A program made the position numbers and the translations under genes. A DNA stretch of 64,000 nucleotides from assembly GCA_965199995.1 (NCBI GenBank), contig OZ241328.1:2060627-2124626 (forward strand), written 5' to 3'. Shown piece after piece: positions 55,642 to 64,000 of this stretch; the stretch's first letter is position 1, and each line of letters begins with the position of its first letter. This stretch comes from Dehalococcoidia bacterium (GTDB lineage Bacteria > Chloroflexota > Dehalococcoidia > Lucifugimonadales > UBA3495). The notes under the pieces were generated by a model, which saw only the letters and a program-made list of their open reading frames with translations, was not told where the DNA came from and searched no databases.

Positions 55642-57672
55642 TTACCCTTCCAGGCTCTCGGAGAGTAGCTCCAGCACGTCCTTGGATTCCTTCTGGTCCG
55701 CCAAACCTTTGGACTGAATGCCTTCGGTCATCATCTGCAAGCAGAAGGGGCAAGATACACCCACAGTCTGGGCGTTGGTCTCCAGGAAATGGTCGGTGCG
55801 GACATGGTTCACTCGCTCGCCCTGGCTTTCTTCAATCCACATATGCCCGCCGCCGGCGCCGCAACAGAAACCACGCTGCCGGCACCGTCCTTCCATTTCC
55901 ACCAGCTTGAGGCCGGGGATGGCACGGGCCACGTTACGCGGCTCATCATAAACCCCGTTGTGCCGGCCCAGGAAGCATGAATCGTGATAGGCCACGGTCA
56001 CGTCCATCATCTTGACCGGCTTGATTCTCCCCTCTCGTATCAGTCCATCAACGAACTGGCTGTAATGCAGCACCTCGAAGTTTCCGCCCAGTTGAGGGTA
56101 CTCGTTCTTGATGGTGTTGAAGCAATGCGGGCAGATGGTAACTACTTTCTTTACATTGTAGCCGTTCATAGTCTCGATGTTCTGTGTCGCCATTATCTGG
56201 TACAGGTACTCGTTGCCCATCCGCCGCGCCGGGTCGCCGGTGCAGGTCTCCTCGTCGCCCAGGATAGCAAAGTCCACTTTGGCGGACTTTAAGACCTTTA
56301 CCATGGAGCGGGCAACGGACTGGCTGCGCTGCTCCAGCGCCGGGGTGCATCCCACCCAGAAAAGGATCTCGGCTTCCGGGTTATCCGCCAATGTCGGCAC
56401 ATCCAGTCCTTCAGCCCAGTCGGTGCGCGAAAACTGAGTGCCCCGCCAAGGATGCCCCCGCTGTTCCATGCTGATGAGGGCGTTCATCGCCGTATCCGGC
56501 GCGTTGGATTCCTCCAGAACCATGTAGCGGCGCATATCCATAATAGTGGGGACGTGTTCCACGGTGACCGGACATTCCTCCATGCAGGCGCCGCAATTGA
56601 GGCAGTCCCATATGGCGGTCTCGGGAATGGCGTTGTTCAGTATGGGTATGGGCTCAACGTGTTCCGCGTCGCGCGCTCCCTGATGCCCAATCTCTATCAT
56701 ATGGTCTTTCAAGTTCTCGACGATGTGCATCGGAGACAACAGTTTCCCCGTAACGTTGGCCGGGCACACGTCAGAGCAGCGTCCGCAGACGGCGCAGGCA
56801 TAACCGTCGAGGAGCTGTTTCCAGGTAAAGTCCTGCACCCGGGATGCGCCGAATCGTTCGGCGTTCTCTAAGTCCATGGCTGGCAATGCCCCCCGCGAGT
56901 CCAGGGTGCGGAAGAAAGCGTTAATAGGCGCAGCCACCATGTGCATATGCTTGGAGAAGGGTATGTACACCGTGAAGAACAGAATGATGGCAAAATGAAT
57001 CCACCAGAACAGTCCATGAAGAATGCTGGCAGCGGACTGGCTGATACCCCAGGCGCTGAACAATCCGCCCAGCGCGCCGCCGATGATAACATCGGCCTCC
57101 GGCCCGGTGCCTCCCTCTGCGACATAGAAGCTGTGGGTCAACAGCGTGGAGGCCATCAAACCCGCAATCATGCCTACTATGATGATGGCGTCCGGGTTGC
57201 GGGTAAGGTCGAAGCTGAGACGCCGGGGCTTGACCACCCAACGGCGAACGGCCGCCCAGATAAGGACTGCCAGCAACACGGCCGCCAGTATGTCAAGGTA
57301 GCTGCTGTACACCATCGCGCCGGTCTCGGTCAGCAGCCACTCAGGGAAGGGCTTCCATACTGCCGCAGCGAAAATAAAGATGGCGTAAGACAGCATAAAG
57401 GTAAGGAATCCCCAGAAAATGGCCGCATGGCCCAAGCCGGCCCAGTCGCCGAAGGGCACCCGCTGCAACACCTTCTTCTGTCCCAGCACTATGGCCATGG
57501 CGCCGGTGAGCCGCTCCAACGGGCGGTCGAAGCGGGCCTCGGCGCGGCCTTGCAGCACCAAGCGGAAAACCCGCTGGTAGATGGCATAACCGCCGGCGGC
57601 CAGCGCCAGCGCGAAAAGAACGTAAACGCCTACCCAGAGGGGAATGGGGCCAATGTCACCGGGAGGAACCAA
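55642..57672 (-). CDS. Membrane-integral Fe-S oxidoreductase: N-terminal polytopic (NarI/DsrM-like) domain fused to 2x[4Fe-4S] and two CCG domains (HdrD/DsrK/GlpC-like)
   Basis: 676 aa. CAVCGRCSDVCP and CLNCGACMEECP ferredoxin motifs. CPHCFNTIKNEYP and CCGAGGG CCG-domain motifs. About 6 N-terminal TM helices. Confidence 0.7.
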   Translation of the reverse strand: MVPPGDIGPIPLWVGVYVLFALALAAGGYAIYQRVFRLVLQGRAEARFDRPLERLTGAMAIVLGQKKVLQRVPFGDWAGLGHAAIFWGFLTFMLSYAIFIFAAAVWKPFPEWLLTETGAMVYSSYLDILAAVLLAVLIWAAVRRWVVKPRRLSFDLTRNPDAIIIVGMIAGLMASTLLTHSFYVAEGGTGPEADVIIGGALGGLFSAWGISQSAASILHGLFWWIHFAIILFFTVYIPFSKHMHMVAAPINAFFRTLDSRGALPAMDLENAERFGASRVQDFTWKQLLDGYACAVCGRCSDVCPANVTGKLLSPMHIVENLKDHMIEIGHQGARDAEHVEPIPILNNAIPETAIWDCLNCGACMEECPVTVEHVPTIMDMRRYMVLEESNAPDTAMNALISMEQRGHPWRGTQFSRTDWAEGLDVPTLADNPEAEILFWVGCTPALEQRSQSVARSMVKVLKSAKVDFAILGDEETCTGDPARRMGNEYLYQIMATQNIETMNGYNVKKVVTICPHCFNTIKNEYPQLGGNFEVLHYSQFVDGLIREGRIKPVKMMDVTVAYHDSCFLGRHNGVYDEPRNVARAIPGLKLVEMEGRCRQRGFCCGAGGGHMWIEESQGERVNHVRTDHFLETNAQTVGVSCPFCLQMMTEGIQSKGLADQKESKDVLELLSESLEG

Positions 57673-57739
57673 ACTTATTCACCTTCTTTGAGCGCCGGTT
57701 TCCCTGCTTCCGACGGTGGCGGGGCGTAAAGCGGCGCGG

Positions 57740-58501
57740 CTAATCCTCGGCCGTCAGGCGGCGCAGTCTCTCTTGCAGTTCCCGTATCAGGAGCTGGTCG
57801 GATTCGCGGGAGGCCCGTTCCGACTGCAGGGCTTCCAGGGTGGACTGGTGGGCAGTCTGCTCATCCCGAAGATTCCTGAGATAACTGCCGGTGTCGGGGT
57901 CATAAAAAAGCAGTCGTTCCTCAAAGGCCGTCAGACTCAAATTAAGAATGCTGCTATAACCTTTCAGCAACCCGTCCGGCGCAGTAGTTAAGGGGATGGG
58001 CCGGTAAACCCCTTCCAGCAAAACCTCTCCGGCCAAATGTTCCCCGTAGTATTCCTCGCCGGTGGGGTCGAACCGCCAGTACTCGGGGATGCCGATTTGG
58101 GCATAAATTCTTCTCTTGGCCGACACGTCGTTGTCTTTTGTTGTATCAGAGGCGATTTCCAGGGCAAAATCCGGCGCCTTGCCCACTTCCCAAGGCAGAT
58201 ACAGCCGCCTTCTCCGAATGGATGCCGTGTCCACCCCGAAAGCGATATAGCAGTCCGGCGCCACTCGCACATTCAGGTTGCGGCGGTCATAGCAGATGAA
58301 GGTATTGCTGCTGAGAAAGTTGCTGGTGTTGAACCCCAAGCCCAAAACTCCGATATGGACCGCGAGAATCTGCATACACTCTTGCAATACGGTGTCTTGG
58401 TACATAGATAGCGGATCAGGCTCATCTGGGTTGAATTCCAGTTTGCTGTAATCAATGTCAGTGCAATGCTGGTAGGGCAGAATCCTAGCTTTCGTCGTCA
58501 T
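57740..58501 (-). CDS. Uma2 (DUF820) family PD-(D/E)xK endonuclease with a C-terminal coiled coil
   Basis: 253 aa. PDCYIAFGV, APDFALEIASD, KRRIYAQIGIPEYWRFDP. Confidence 0.7.
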   Translation of the reverse strand: MTTKARILPYQHCTDIDYSKLEFNPDEPDPLSMYQDTVLQECMQILAVHIGVLGLGFNTSNFLSSNTFICYDRRNLNVRVAPDCYIAFGVDTASIRRRRLYLPWEVGKAPDFALEIASDTTKDNDVSAKRRIYAQIGIPEYWRFDPTGEEYYGEHLAGEVLLEGVYRPIPLTTAPDGLLKGYSSILNLSLTAFEERLLFYDPDTGSYLRNLRDEQTAHQSTLEALQSERASRESDQLLIRELQERLRRLTAED

Positions 58502-58694
58502 TCTGGGCCTCTGTCAAACGCCTGATTGCCAGTGCCTTACCATTATACGTCATGCGCCTATACGCCATACGCCGCTCCCCCCATTTATGCGGCGGCGATA
58601 GTTGGCGCCACCGGGCGAAACCCTGCTCTCGCCTCGGTTATTCGCTCCCAGGATACCCGGCAGCAACTTTCCCGCCCTCGGCACTGGATAACCG

Positions 58695-59705
58695 CTAGAA
58701 ATCCGCCACCTGGGGAATGACCTCCCGACCCAGCAGCTCAATTTGTTTCAACACTTGCTCCTGGGGCATTCCAGGCCACTGCATCCGGAAAATCATCATA
58801 TTGACGCCCAGCTCTTCCGAGTAGCGCTTCAGATCGGCCACTACGTCATCGGGCGATCCCAAAAGGAAACGGTCTTTCGCCAGCTCTTGATAAGGAACCG
58901 TGAACGATTCCTCGCCGGGCAGGGCCTTGTCCTGGCCCCAGGCGGCGTATGCAGCGTATTTGCCTTCCAGGTAGGGCTGGCTCTCGATGTAGGCCGTTTC
59001 GCGGTCGGAAGCCACGTACATCTCGCGCATCATCGGCAGGTCGGCAGGAACCGGATTGCCGGAGGCCTCCAGATGGGCGGTGTAACGAGTCCACTGGTCA
59101 GCCACCATCGGCACAGTGGCGTGGGGATTGATGAGCCAAGGGTAGCCCCAACGGGCGGCGCGGCGAATCGCCACATCATTGTTGGCGGCCACCCAGATGG
59201 GCGGATGGGGCTGCTGCACCGGGCGGGTGATAAGCTGCGTCTTAGGGATGGTGTAATACTTTCCTTCGTACTCCAGCTCGTCTTCTACCCAGAGCCGCTT
59301 AACGATGTCCAGCGACTCGTTCATCCGGCCAACGCGCTCCTCGCGTTTGACGCCAAAGGCAGTATACTCCTCGTCCCGGTAGCCAAGACCGATACCGAAG
59401 ACGAAACGTCCGCCGGTGATGCAGTCGAGGGTAGCGATGCTCTCCGCTAGCTCCACCGGGTTATGCAACGGCAGCAACAACACCGTGGCAGCCACCTGCA
59501 TATCGCCGGACTCGGCGGCGAGGCGCGACAGCAGCGGGAACACGGTGCTCATCTGGTAGGGCGCGGCCAGATAGTGCTGTCCGGTGGCGATGAGGCTGAA
59601 CCCCGCATCGCGGGCGGCGGCCACCTGCTCTACGCTGTCCTGGATTTTCTGGGGCATGGACTCGCCGGGGAGATACTGGTTGGTTACGAAAAATCCCAGC
59701 TTCAC
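58695..59705 (-). CDS. LLM-class flavin/F420-dependent oxidoreductase
   Basis: 336 aa. MKLGFF..., GGRFVFGIGLGY, luciferase-like pattern. Confidence 0.75.
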   Translation of the reverse strand: MKLGFFVTNQYLPGESMPQKIQDSVEQVAAARDAGFSLIATGQHYLAAPYQMSTVFPLLSRLAAESGDMQVAATVLLLPLHNPVELAESIATLDCITGGRFVFGIGLGYRDEEYTAFGVKREERVGRMNESLDIVKRLWVEDELEYEGKYYTIPKTQLITRPVQQPHPPIWVAANNDVAIRRAARWGYPWLINPHATVPMVADQWTRYTAHLEASGNPVPADLPMMREMYVASDRETAYIESQPYLEGKYAAYAAWGQDKALPGEESFTVPYQELAKDRFLLGSPDDVVADLKRYSEELGVNMMIFRMQWPGMPQEQVLKQIELLGREVIPQVADF

Positions 59706-59891
59706 GATTGCTCCTTATGCTTGGATGCCCTACCGGGCCCTGCTTCGTCGGCCCCTATTGTATACCAGATTTGCCACCCGCGAGAGACGGCTGAACCGGC
59801 GCTGCGGGCGTTGGAAGGTTGCCAGAGTCGTCCTAAGAAGCTAAATTTTCCGCAGATCAGCCTCAATTTTATGAAACCGGGAGCAATACGG

Positions 59892-60680
59892 ATGAGAATC
59901 GCCAGGTTCCAGTGCAATGAACATACTGCCCACGGAGTAATCGAGGGCGATGAGGTAGTGGAGATCGAGGGAGATATATTCTCCAATTTCCAGGCCAGCG
60001 GAGAGCGCCGAAAGTTGGCCGATGTCAAGCTTCTGGCGCCGACGGACCCGAAAGAAATCTGGGGGCCAGGATTGAATTTCGCCAACCACCTGGAGTTCGC
60101 TGCCGGAGTGCTAGGCGATGAAGACCCCCACGTGCCGGAGCACCCGGAGCCGTGGATTAAGGCCCGCAACTCCCTCACCGGCACCGGCGAGAATATCATA
60201 CTGCCCTACGACACCGCCGGCGAGGTGCATTACGAGGGCGAGGCAGTGGCCGTCATCGGGAAGCCCTGCCGCCGGGTCAGCCCCCAGGAAGCGGGCAGCT
60301 ACATTTTCGGCTATACCTGCGGCAACGACGTTTCCGAGCGGGCTTGGCAGAAGGATGACTGGACCTTCTGGAGAGCCAAGGGTGCAGACACTTTCGCTCC
60401 GGTCGGCCCGTGGATTGAGACCGACATCAACCCTCAGGCGCTGGAAATGATTGTACGGCTTAACGGCGAAGAAGTGCAGCACGGCTATACTCAGGAAATG
60501 CTGTTCACCTTCGCCGAAATCGTCAGCTATATCAGCCAGCAGATTACGCTTCAACCGGGCGACCTGATTTTCTCGGGATCCACCGGCGTAACTACCGGGC
60601 TGAAGGACGGCGACTTGGTAGAAATCGATATACCGGGCATCGGCGTGCTGTCAAACCCAGTGGTTCTGGAAAAGGAGTAG
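59892..60680 (+). CDS. Fumarylacetoacetate hydrolase (FAH) family protein
   Basis: 262 aa from ATG 59892. HYEGEAVAVIGK, GYTCGNDVSER, GDLIFSGSTGV. Confidence 0.8.
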   Translation: MRIARFQCNEHTAHGVIEGDEVVEIEGDIFSNFQASGERRKLADVKLLAPTDPKEIWGPGLNFANHLEFAAGVLGDEDPHVPEHPEPWIKARNSLTGTGENIILPYDTAGEVHYEGEAVAVIGKPCRRVSPQEAGSYIFGYTCGNDVSERAWQKDDWTFWRAKGADTFAPVGPWIETDINPQALEMIVRLNGEEVQHGYTQEMLFTFAEIVSYISQQITLQPGDLIFSGSTGVTTGLKDGDLVEIDIPGIGVLSNPVVLEKE

Positions 60681-60746
60681 CCTCCGGTGTAGGCTTACCG
60701 GCGGGCCGAGTAATAGAGCCTCAGAGGCCCGCCGCCACGGGCAACT

Positions 60747-61166
60747 TCAGCCCAGGCTGACCACGGCCCGGGCGCGGGCTACGGGTTCGCCCCGGTCGTT
60801 CTCCACGGCTACGACGCACTCAACCAGGCGAAACTCGGCATCCCTGTGCTTGTCCACCACCCAGGCGGACAGGCTGATAGTGTCATTGGCGAGGATGGGC
60901 CGAAGATATTCGACGTCCAGGCTGCTGCCCTCGGCTTGCAGACTCTCGGGCGGAAAGCCCTTACTCAACAGTTCCCTCACATAGCCTTCGACTGTCTTTG
61001 GGGGCAGCGCATCGGATGCTGAGGCGCCGAATTCATCACCTCCTTCGCCGTACAGGGCGGTGTATCGTTGAATACTCTCTTCCGTTTCCCACTTTATGAT
61101 GACCGGAAGAGTATCGCCCGGTTCGATGGAATCGAAATCAACGGTCACCGCCCACAGCCTAGACAT
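60747..61166 (-). CDS. Hotdog-fold (MaoC-like) protein
   Basis: 139 aa. C-terminal ...LVECVVAVENDRGEPVARARAVV strand pattern. Assignment is weak. Confidence 0.4.
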   Translation of the reverse strand: MSRLWAVTVDFDSIEPGDTLPVIIKWETEESIQRYTALYGEGGDEFGASASDALPPKTVEGYVRELLSKGFPPESLQAEGSSLDVEYLRPILANDTISLSAWVVDKHRDAEFRLVECVVAVENDRGEPVARARAVVSLG

Positions 61167-61326
61167 CGAGGACTGCCTCCCGGGGCTTCTTTCCTTTGCT
61201 GAAGCTAAAATCGCTAAGCATCCGCGGCAACAGCGGCTGGAAAGCAGCTGATAGTTACGCTAACCTATTCTGCGGCATTCGGCCTCACTTGAGAATACTT
61301 GCTTGAGAACACTTGAAGGTAAAGCA

Positions 61327-62046
61327 ATGGCAGATTCAGAAAGGGAAGAAACCTACAGCAGAGCGATGGTTATCATGGCCCACGCCGATGATATGGAGTG
61401 GACCTGCGCGGCAACCCTCGCAAAATTGTGCACCGAGGGCTGGGAGGTGGTGCTAGTCTTATGCACCGATGGCTCCAAAGGCAGCGACGACCCGGCAATG
61501 ACTTCAGAGCGTTTGTCAAGAATTCGGGCAGAGGAGCAGCAGGAGTCGGCTCGAATCCTGGGCCTGAAGGACGTGGTGTTCTTGGGTTATCCCGATTCGT
61601 ATCTGGAACCGACGCTGCAACTACGGAAGGACCTTGCCCGAGAGATACGCCGCTACCGCCCCCATGTGGTCATTACCGAGCCACCGACCCGCGACATTGA
61701 CAGCCGTTACTACGGCAGCCACCCGGATCACCTGGCCACGGGGGAGGCCGCCCTTGCCGCCGTCTTTCCCACGGCCCGAGACCGGCTCACTTTCCCGGAA
61801 TTGCTGGAAGAAGGTCTAGAACCCCACAAGGTGCGCGAAGTCTGGATTGTCGGGGGACTGGAAGGCTCTGACCATTTCGTAGACGTGGACGGCTACATGG
61901 AAACGGCCATCGCCGCGCTAAAGTCCCACAAGTCGCAGGTAGACCCGCAGGACGCCGAAAAGTACTTCCCCATAGGCCGCGCCGACACCGCCGCCAAAGT
62001 CGGGCTGAAGTATGCCGAGGCGTTCAAGACGATTAAGTATTACTGA
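61327..62046 (+). CDS. PIG-L/LmbE family N-acetylglucosaminyl deacetylase
   Basis: VIMAHADDMEW (AHPDDE-type), HPDH, SHKSQ. Confidence 0.75.
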   Translation: MADSEREETYSRAMVIMAHADDMEWTCAATLAKLCTEGWEVVLVLCTDGSKGSDDPAMTSERLSRIRAEEQQESARILGLKDVVFLGYPDSYLEPTLQLRKDLAREIRRYRPHVVITEPPTRDIDSRYYGSHPDHLATGEAALAAVFPTARDRLTFPELLEEGLEPHKVREVWIVGGLEGSDHFVDVDGYMETAIAALKSHKSQVDPQDAEKYFPIGRADTAAKVGLKYAEAFKTIKYY

Positions 62047-62050
62047 CGGG

Positions 62051-62491
62051 ATGGTGAGGGCGGGGAAGGGATTGAGTTTCGGTTATGGGGAGAACGCCGT
62101 GACTTTGAGCCAGGTAGAATACGAGGACATCATTAAGGATACCACCAAAGAAGGATACCACCAAAGAATTACCGAAGATATCTCGTGGGAGGGCGGTTCT
62201 AATTCGCGAGCTAAGGAATTTAGAATCGACATTGATTCCGGGGAAGGGTACCTCATATTTGTAAAGGGTTGGTTCAATCCCTTTTCCGGTAAGTTGTCTT
62301 ACGCCATTATTCATCGAACTGTGGGCAGAATCTATGGCCTTGACCTAGGGGCAGACCATTGCAATCCTGATGGCGAATTTGTAGGGGAGAAGCACAAGAA
62401 CTACTGGGTGCCGGACAGCCGGGATAAATGGGCTTATGTGCCAGAGGACATTACTGAGACTTGGAATCATCCGGTAGCTGCCTGGGAATAG
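62051..62491 (+). CDS. Hypothetical protein (low-GC islet gene A) with motif H-x-NPDG-x6-HK-x-YW-x7-KWAY-x-P
   Basis: 146-aa ORF with codon usage visibly less GC-biased than its neighbours. No named family recognised. Confidence 0.5.
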   Translation: MVRAGKGLSFGYGENAVTLSQVEYEDIIKDTTKEGYHQRITEDISWEGGSNSRAKEFRIDIDSGEGYLIFVKGWFNPFSGKLSYAIIHRTVGRIYGLDLGADHCNPDGEFVGEKHKNYWVPDSRDKWAYVPEDITETWNHPVAAWE

Positions 62492-62562
62492 TTCTGCGCC
62501 GAGGCAAATTTGCGGCACTCGGGTACAATTCAGGAGCCGGCGCCACGGAGGCGAATGCAACT

Positions 62563-63348
62563 ATGAATATAAACGAGCTTTGCGCTTCTATCGGTCAGGC
62601 GTTGCCGCCTCTGTTTATGTGCTCCCCTGCCCCAACGGAGGGGGTGCGTATCCGCACGCCTTTGCTGTACCCCGACGGCGATGTTGTGGACGTATTTGTT
62701 CTGGAGCGCGGCAGTAATTATACTGTTACTGATTATGGGGATGCGCTGGGCTGGCTTAGTTTGCAGTCTATAAGTCGGCAGCGTTCACCCAAGCAGCAAA
62801 TGCTGATACGCGACGTATGTCAAACGCTCCGTATAGATCCAGATCTGTTTCAAGATCAGTTGATGATTCGCGGAGTAATGAAGGGCGCTTTGGGAGAATC
62901 CGTGATTCGCGTCGCGCAGGCAGCCGTGCGGGTTTCCGACTTGTGGTTCACATTTCGGAGCCAATCGCATCAGACAACGGCAGAAGAAGTGGACGAATGG
63001 CTGCGCGAAAAGGAGATACATTTCGAGCGGCAAGTTGTAAGGCAAGGTCGTTCTACCCAAAACTGGACAATTGATTTCGAGATACGCATCAACAACCGGA
63101 CATCTTTGACATTTCTGTTGAGCACCGGGTCTCGCGGCGCCGCCAACAGAATTATGGAGCACGTTCTAGCTGGTTGCGTTGATTTGAGCCATCTCAAAGA
63201 AAGACAACCCGGCCTGGAGTTTGTTTCCCTGTTCTATGACCTGTCGGATGTCTGGCAGGAACAGAATTTCAATCTAGTGAGTCAACACTCAGAAATTGCC
63301 CGGTGGTCCGACCCGGACCAATTTGAGCGAATCCTGAAAGCGTTATGA
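62563..63348 (+). CDS. Hypothetical protein (low-GC islet gene B), DUF1828/DUF1829-like architecture suspected
   Basis: 261 aa. N-terminal ...IRTPLLYPDGDVVDVFVLERGSNYTVTDYGDALGWL resembles DUF1828. The C-half is of unknown type. Confidence 0.45.
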   Translation: MNINELCASIGQALPPLFMCSPAPTEGVRIRTPLLYPDGDVVDVFVLERGSNYTVTDYGDALGWLSLQSISRQRSPKQQMLIRDVCQTLRIDPDLFQDQLMIRGVMKGALGESVIRVAQAAVRVSDLWFTFRSQSHQTTAEEVDEWLREKEIHFERQVVRQGRSTQNWTIDFEIRINNRTSLTFLLSTGSRGAANRIMEHVLAGCVDLSHLKERQPGLEFVSLFYDLSDVWQEQNFNLVSQHSEIARWSDPDQFERILKAL

Positions 63349-63438
63349 CCGGCCGTCACAAGAGACGGCGCCCAATCTCCGCGCGCCCTTTGTATTCCCC
63401 GGCCATCGCCAAGGGTGGAGTTGGAGCGTTGGTGGGGT

Positions 63439-63472
63439 GCCGCGTCCTGTCTGGATTCAGGGTGGACGCGGC
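63439..63472 (+). terminator. Hairpin after islet gene B
   Basis: GCCGCGTCC ...16 nt... GGACGCGGC followed by ATCCCTTTTG. Confidence 0.35.
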
Positions 63473-63493
63473 ATCCCTTTTGCGGCTTCTGGG

Positions 63494-64000
63494 TTATGCC
63501 GGTTTGCGGGCGGTTACTTTGAAGCTGGCGGTGTTGGTGTAGGTGGCCTTTTCGGAGTCTTTCCAGAACTCGATGCCTTCGCCGCTGATTTCGATGCCCT
63601 CGAAACCGGCGCGGCGGAGGCGTCCCATATAAGTCTCGTGGAACTCGGCCCCCGCCGCGCAGGAAACCCAGCTTTCGGCGTCGTTCGCCACCGGGCCTTC
63701 GGGCGTCAATGCCAGCACATCGGACAGATGGATGCGTCCACCGGGGGCCAGCACGCGGAAGCTCTCGCTGAATACAGCGTCCTTGTCCGGAGACAGGCAG
63801 ACAACGCAGTTGGAGATAATCACGTCGTAGGCGTCGCTGGGCAAGGGCATAGCCTCCATCTCGCCCTGCACGAAATCGACATTGGTCAGGCCTAGGTTGT
63901 CCCGGTTTTTGCGGGCCAGCTCCAGCATAGACGGCGTCATGTCCAGTCCGGTAACGCGGCCGGTTTCGCCCACTTGCTGGGCGGCGAGGAAGCAGTCGAT
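63494..64000 (-). CDS. arsM: Arsenite S-adenosylmethionine methyltransferase-like class I methyltransferase; N-terminus lies outside the window
   Basis: ...DCFLAAQQVGETGRVTGLDMT, VIISNCVVCLSPDK, SDVL..., VSCAAGA Cys positions typical of ArsM. Confidence 0.65.
   Translation of the reverse strand: MDCFLAAQQVGETGRVTGLDMTPSMLELARKNRDNLGLTNVDFVQGEMEAMPLPSDAYDVIISNCVVCLSPDKDAVFSESFRVLAPGGRIHLSDVLALTPEGPVANDAESWVSCAAGAEFHETYMGRLRRAGFEGIEISGEGIEFWKDSEKATYTNTASFKVTARKPA

Overview
High-GC (about 60% by eye) bacterial chromosomal segment, densely coding and mostly housekeeping or catabolic. No rRNA, tRNA, CRISPR array, integrase or transposase could be supported. All calls rest on motif recognition in the supplied translations; no searches were run. 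The gene content (four CaiB/BaiF CoA-transferase paralogues, LLM flavin oxidoreductases, amidohydrolases, amidase, hotdog hydratases) resembles a marine Chloroflexota/SAR202-type heterotroph, but that is inference only.

Layout:
- 1-7.2 kb: CoA-transferase/hydratase cluster.
- 7.9-10.8 kb: metal and cytochrome oxidase assembly genes.
- 10.8-17.5 kb: LLM oxidoreductase, amidase, NAD-kinase-like gene, tauE, trxB, epimerase.
- 17.6-19.4 kb: AT-rich islet abutting a decayed FecCD-type ABC importer.
- 19.6-30.5 kb: mixed catabolic and DNA-repair genes, including an Ada-Ogt fusion, a short ImuB-like gene, a decayed HEPN/MNT pair and a hydantoinase.
- 30.6-33.7 kb: secreted His-rich repeat protein plus an OmpR/HK two-component system.
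- 34-44 kb: MIP channel, orphan EF-G paralogue, methylmalonyl-CoA mutase large subunit, tyrS-ribF, rsmD-coaD.
- 45.2-52.9 kb: complete F-type ATP synthase operon (atpZ-B-E-F-H-A-G-D-C).
- 52.9-64 kb: rex, a four-gene Fe-S/zinc-ribbon/receiver-like/hydrolase operon, Uma2 nuclease, LLM, FAH, PIG-L, a low-GC two-gene islet and a partial arsM.

Most notable observations:
1. A small retropepsin-like aspartic protease gene sits between atpG and atpD, with a frameshifted paralogue at 3.7 kb.
2. A dispersed GNRA-loop hairpin repeat family (core TTCCCGCGAAAGCGGGAA) occurs at five or more loci, one of them apparently in frame inside a coding sequence.
3. A low-GC two-gene islet at 62.05-63.35 kb encodes uncharacterised proteins.
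4. Several gene-inactivating lesions lie in or next to short homopolymer or simple-sequence tracts. These could be real decay or assembly error.
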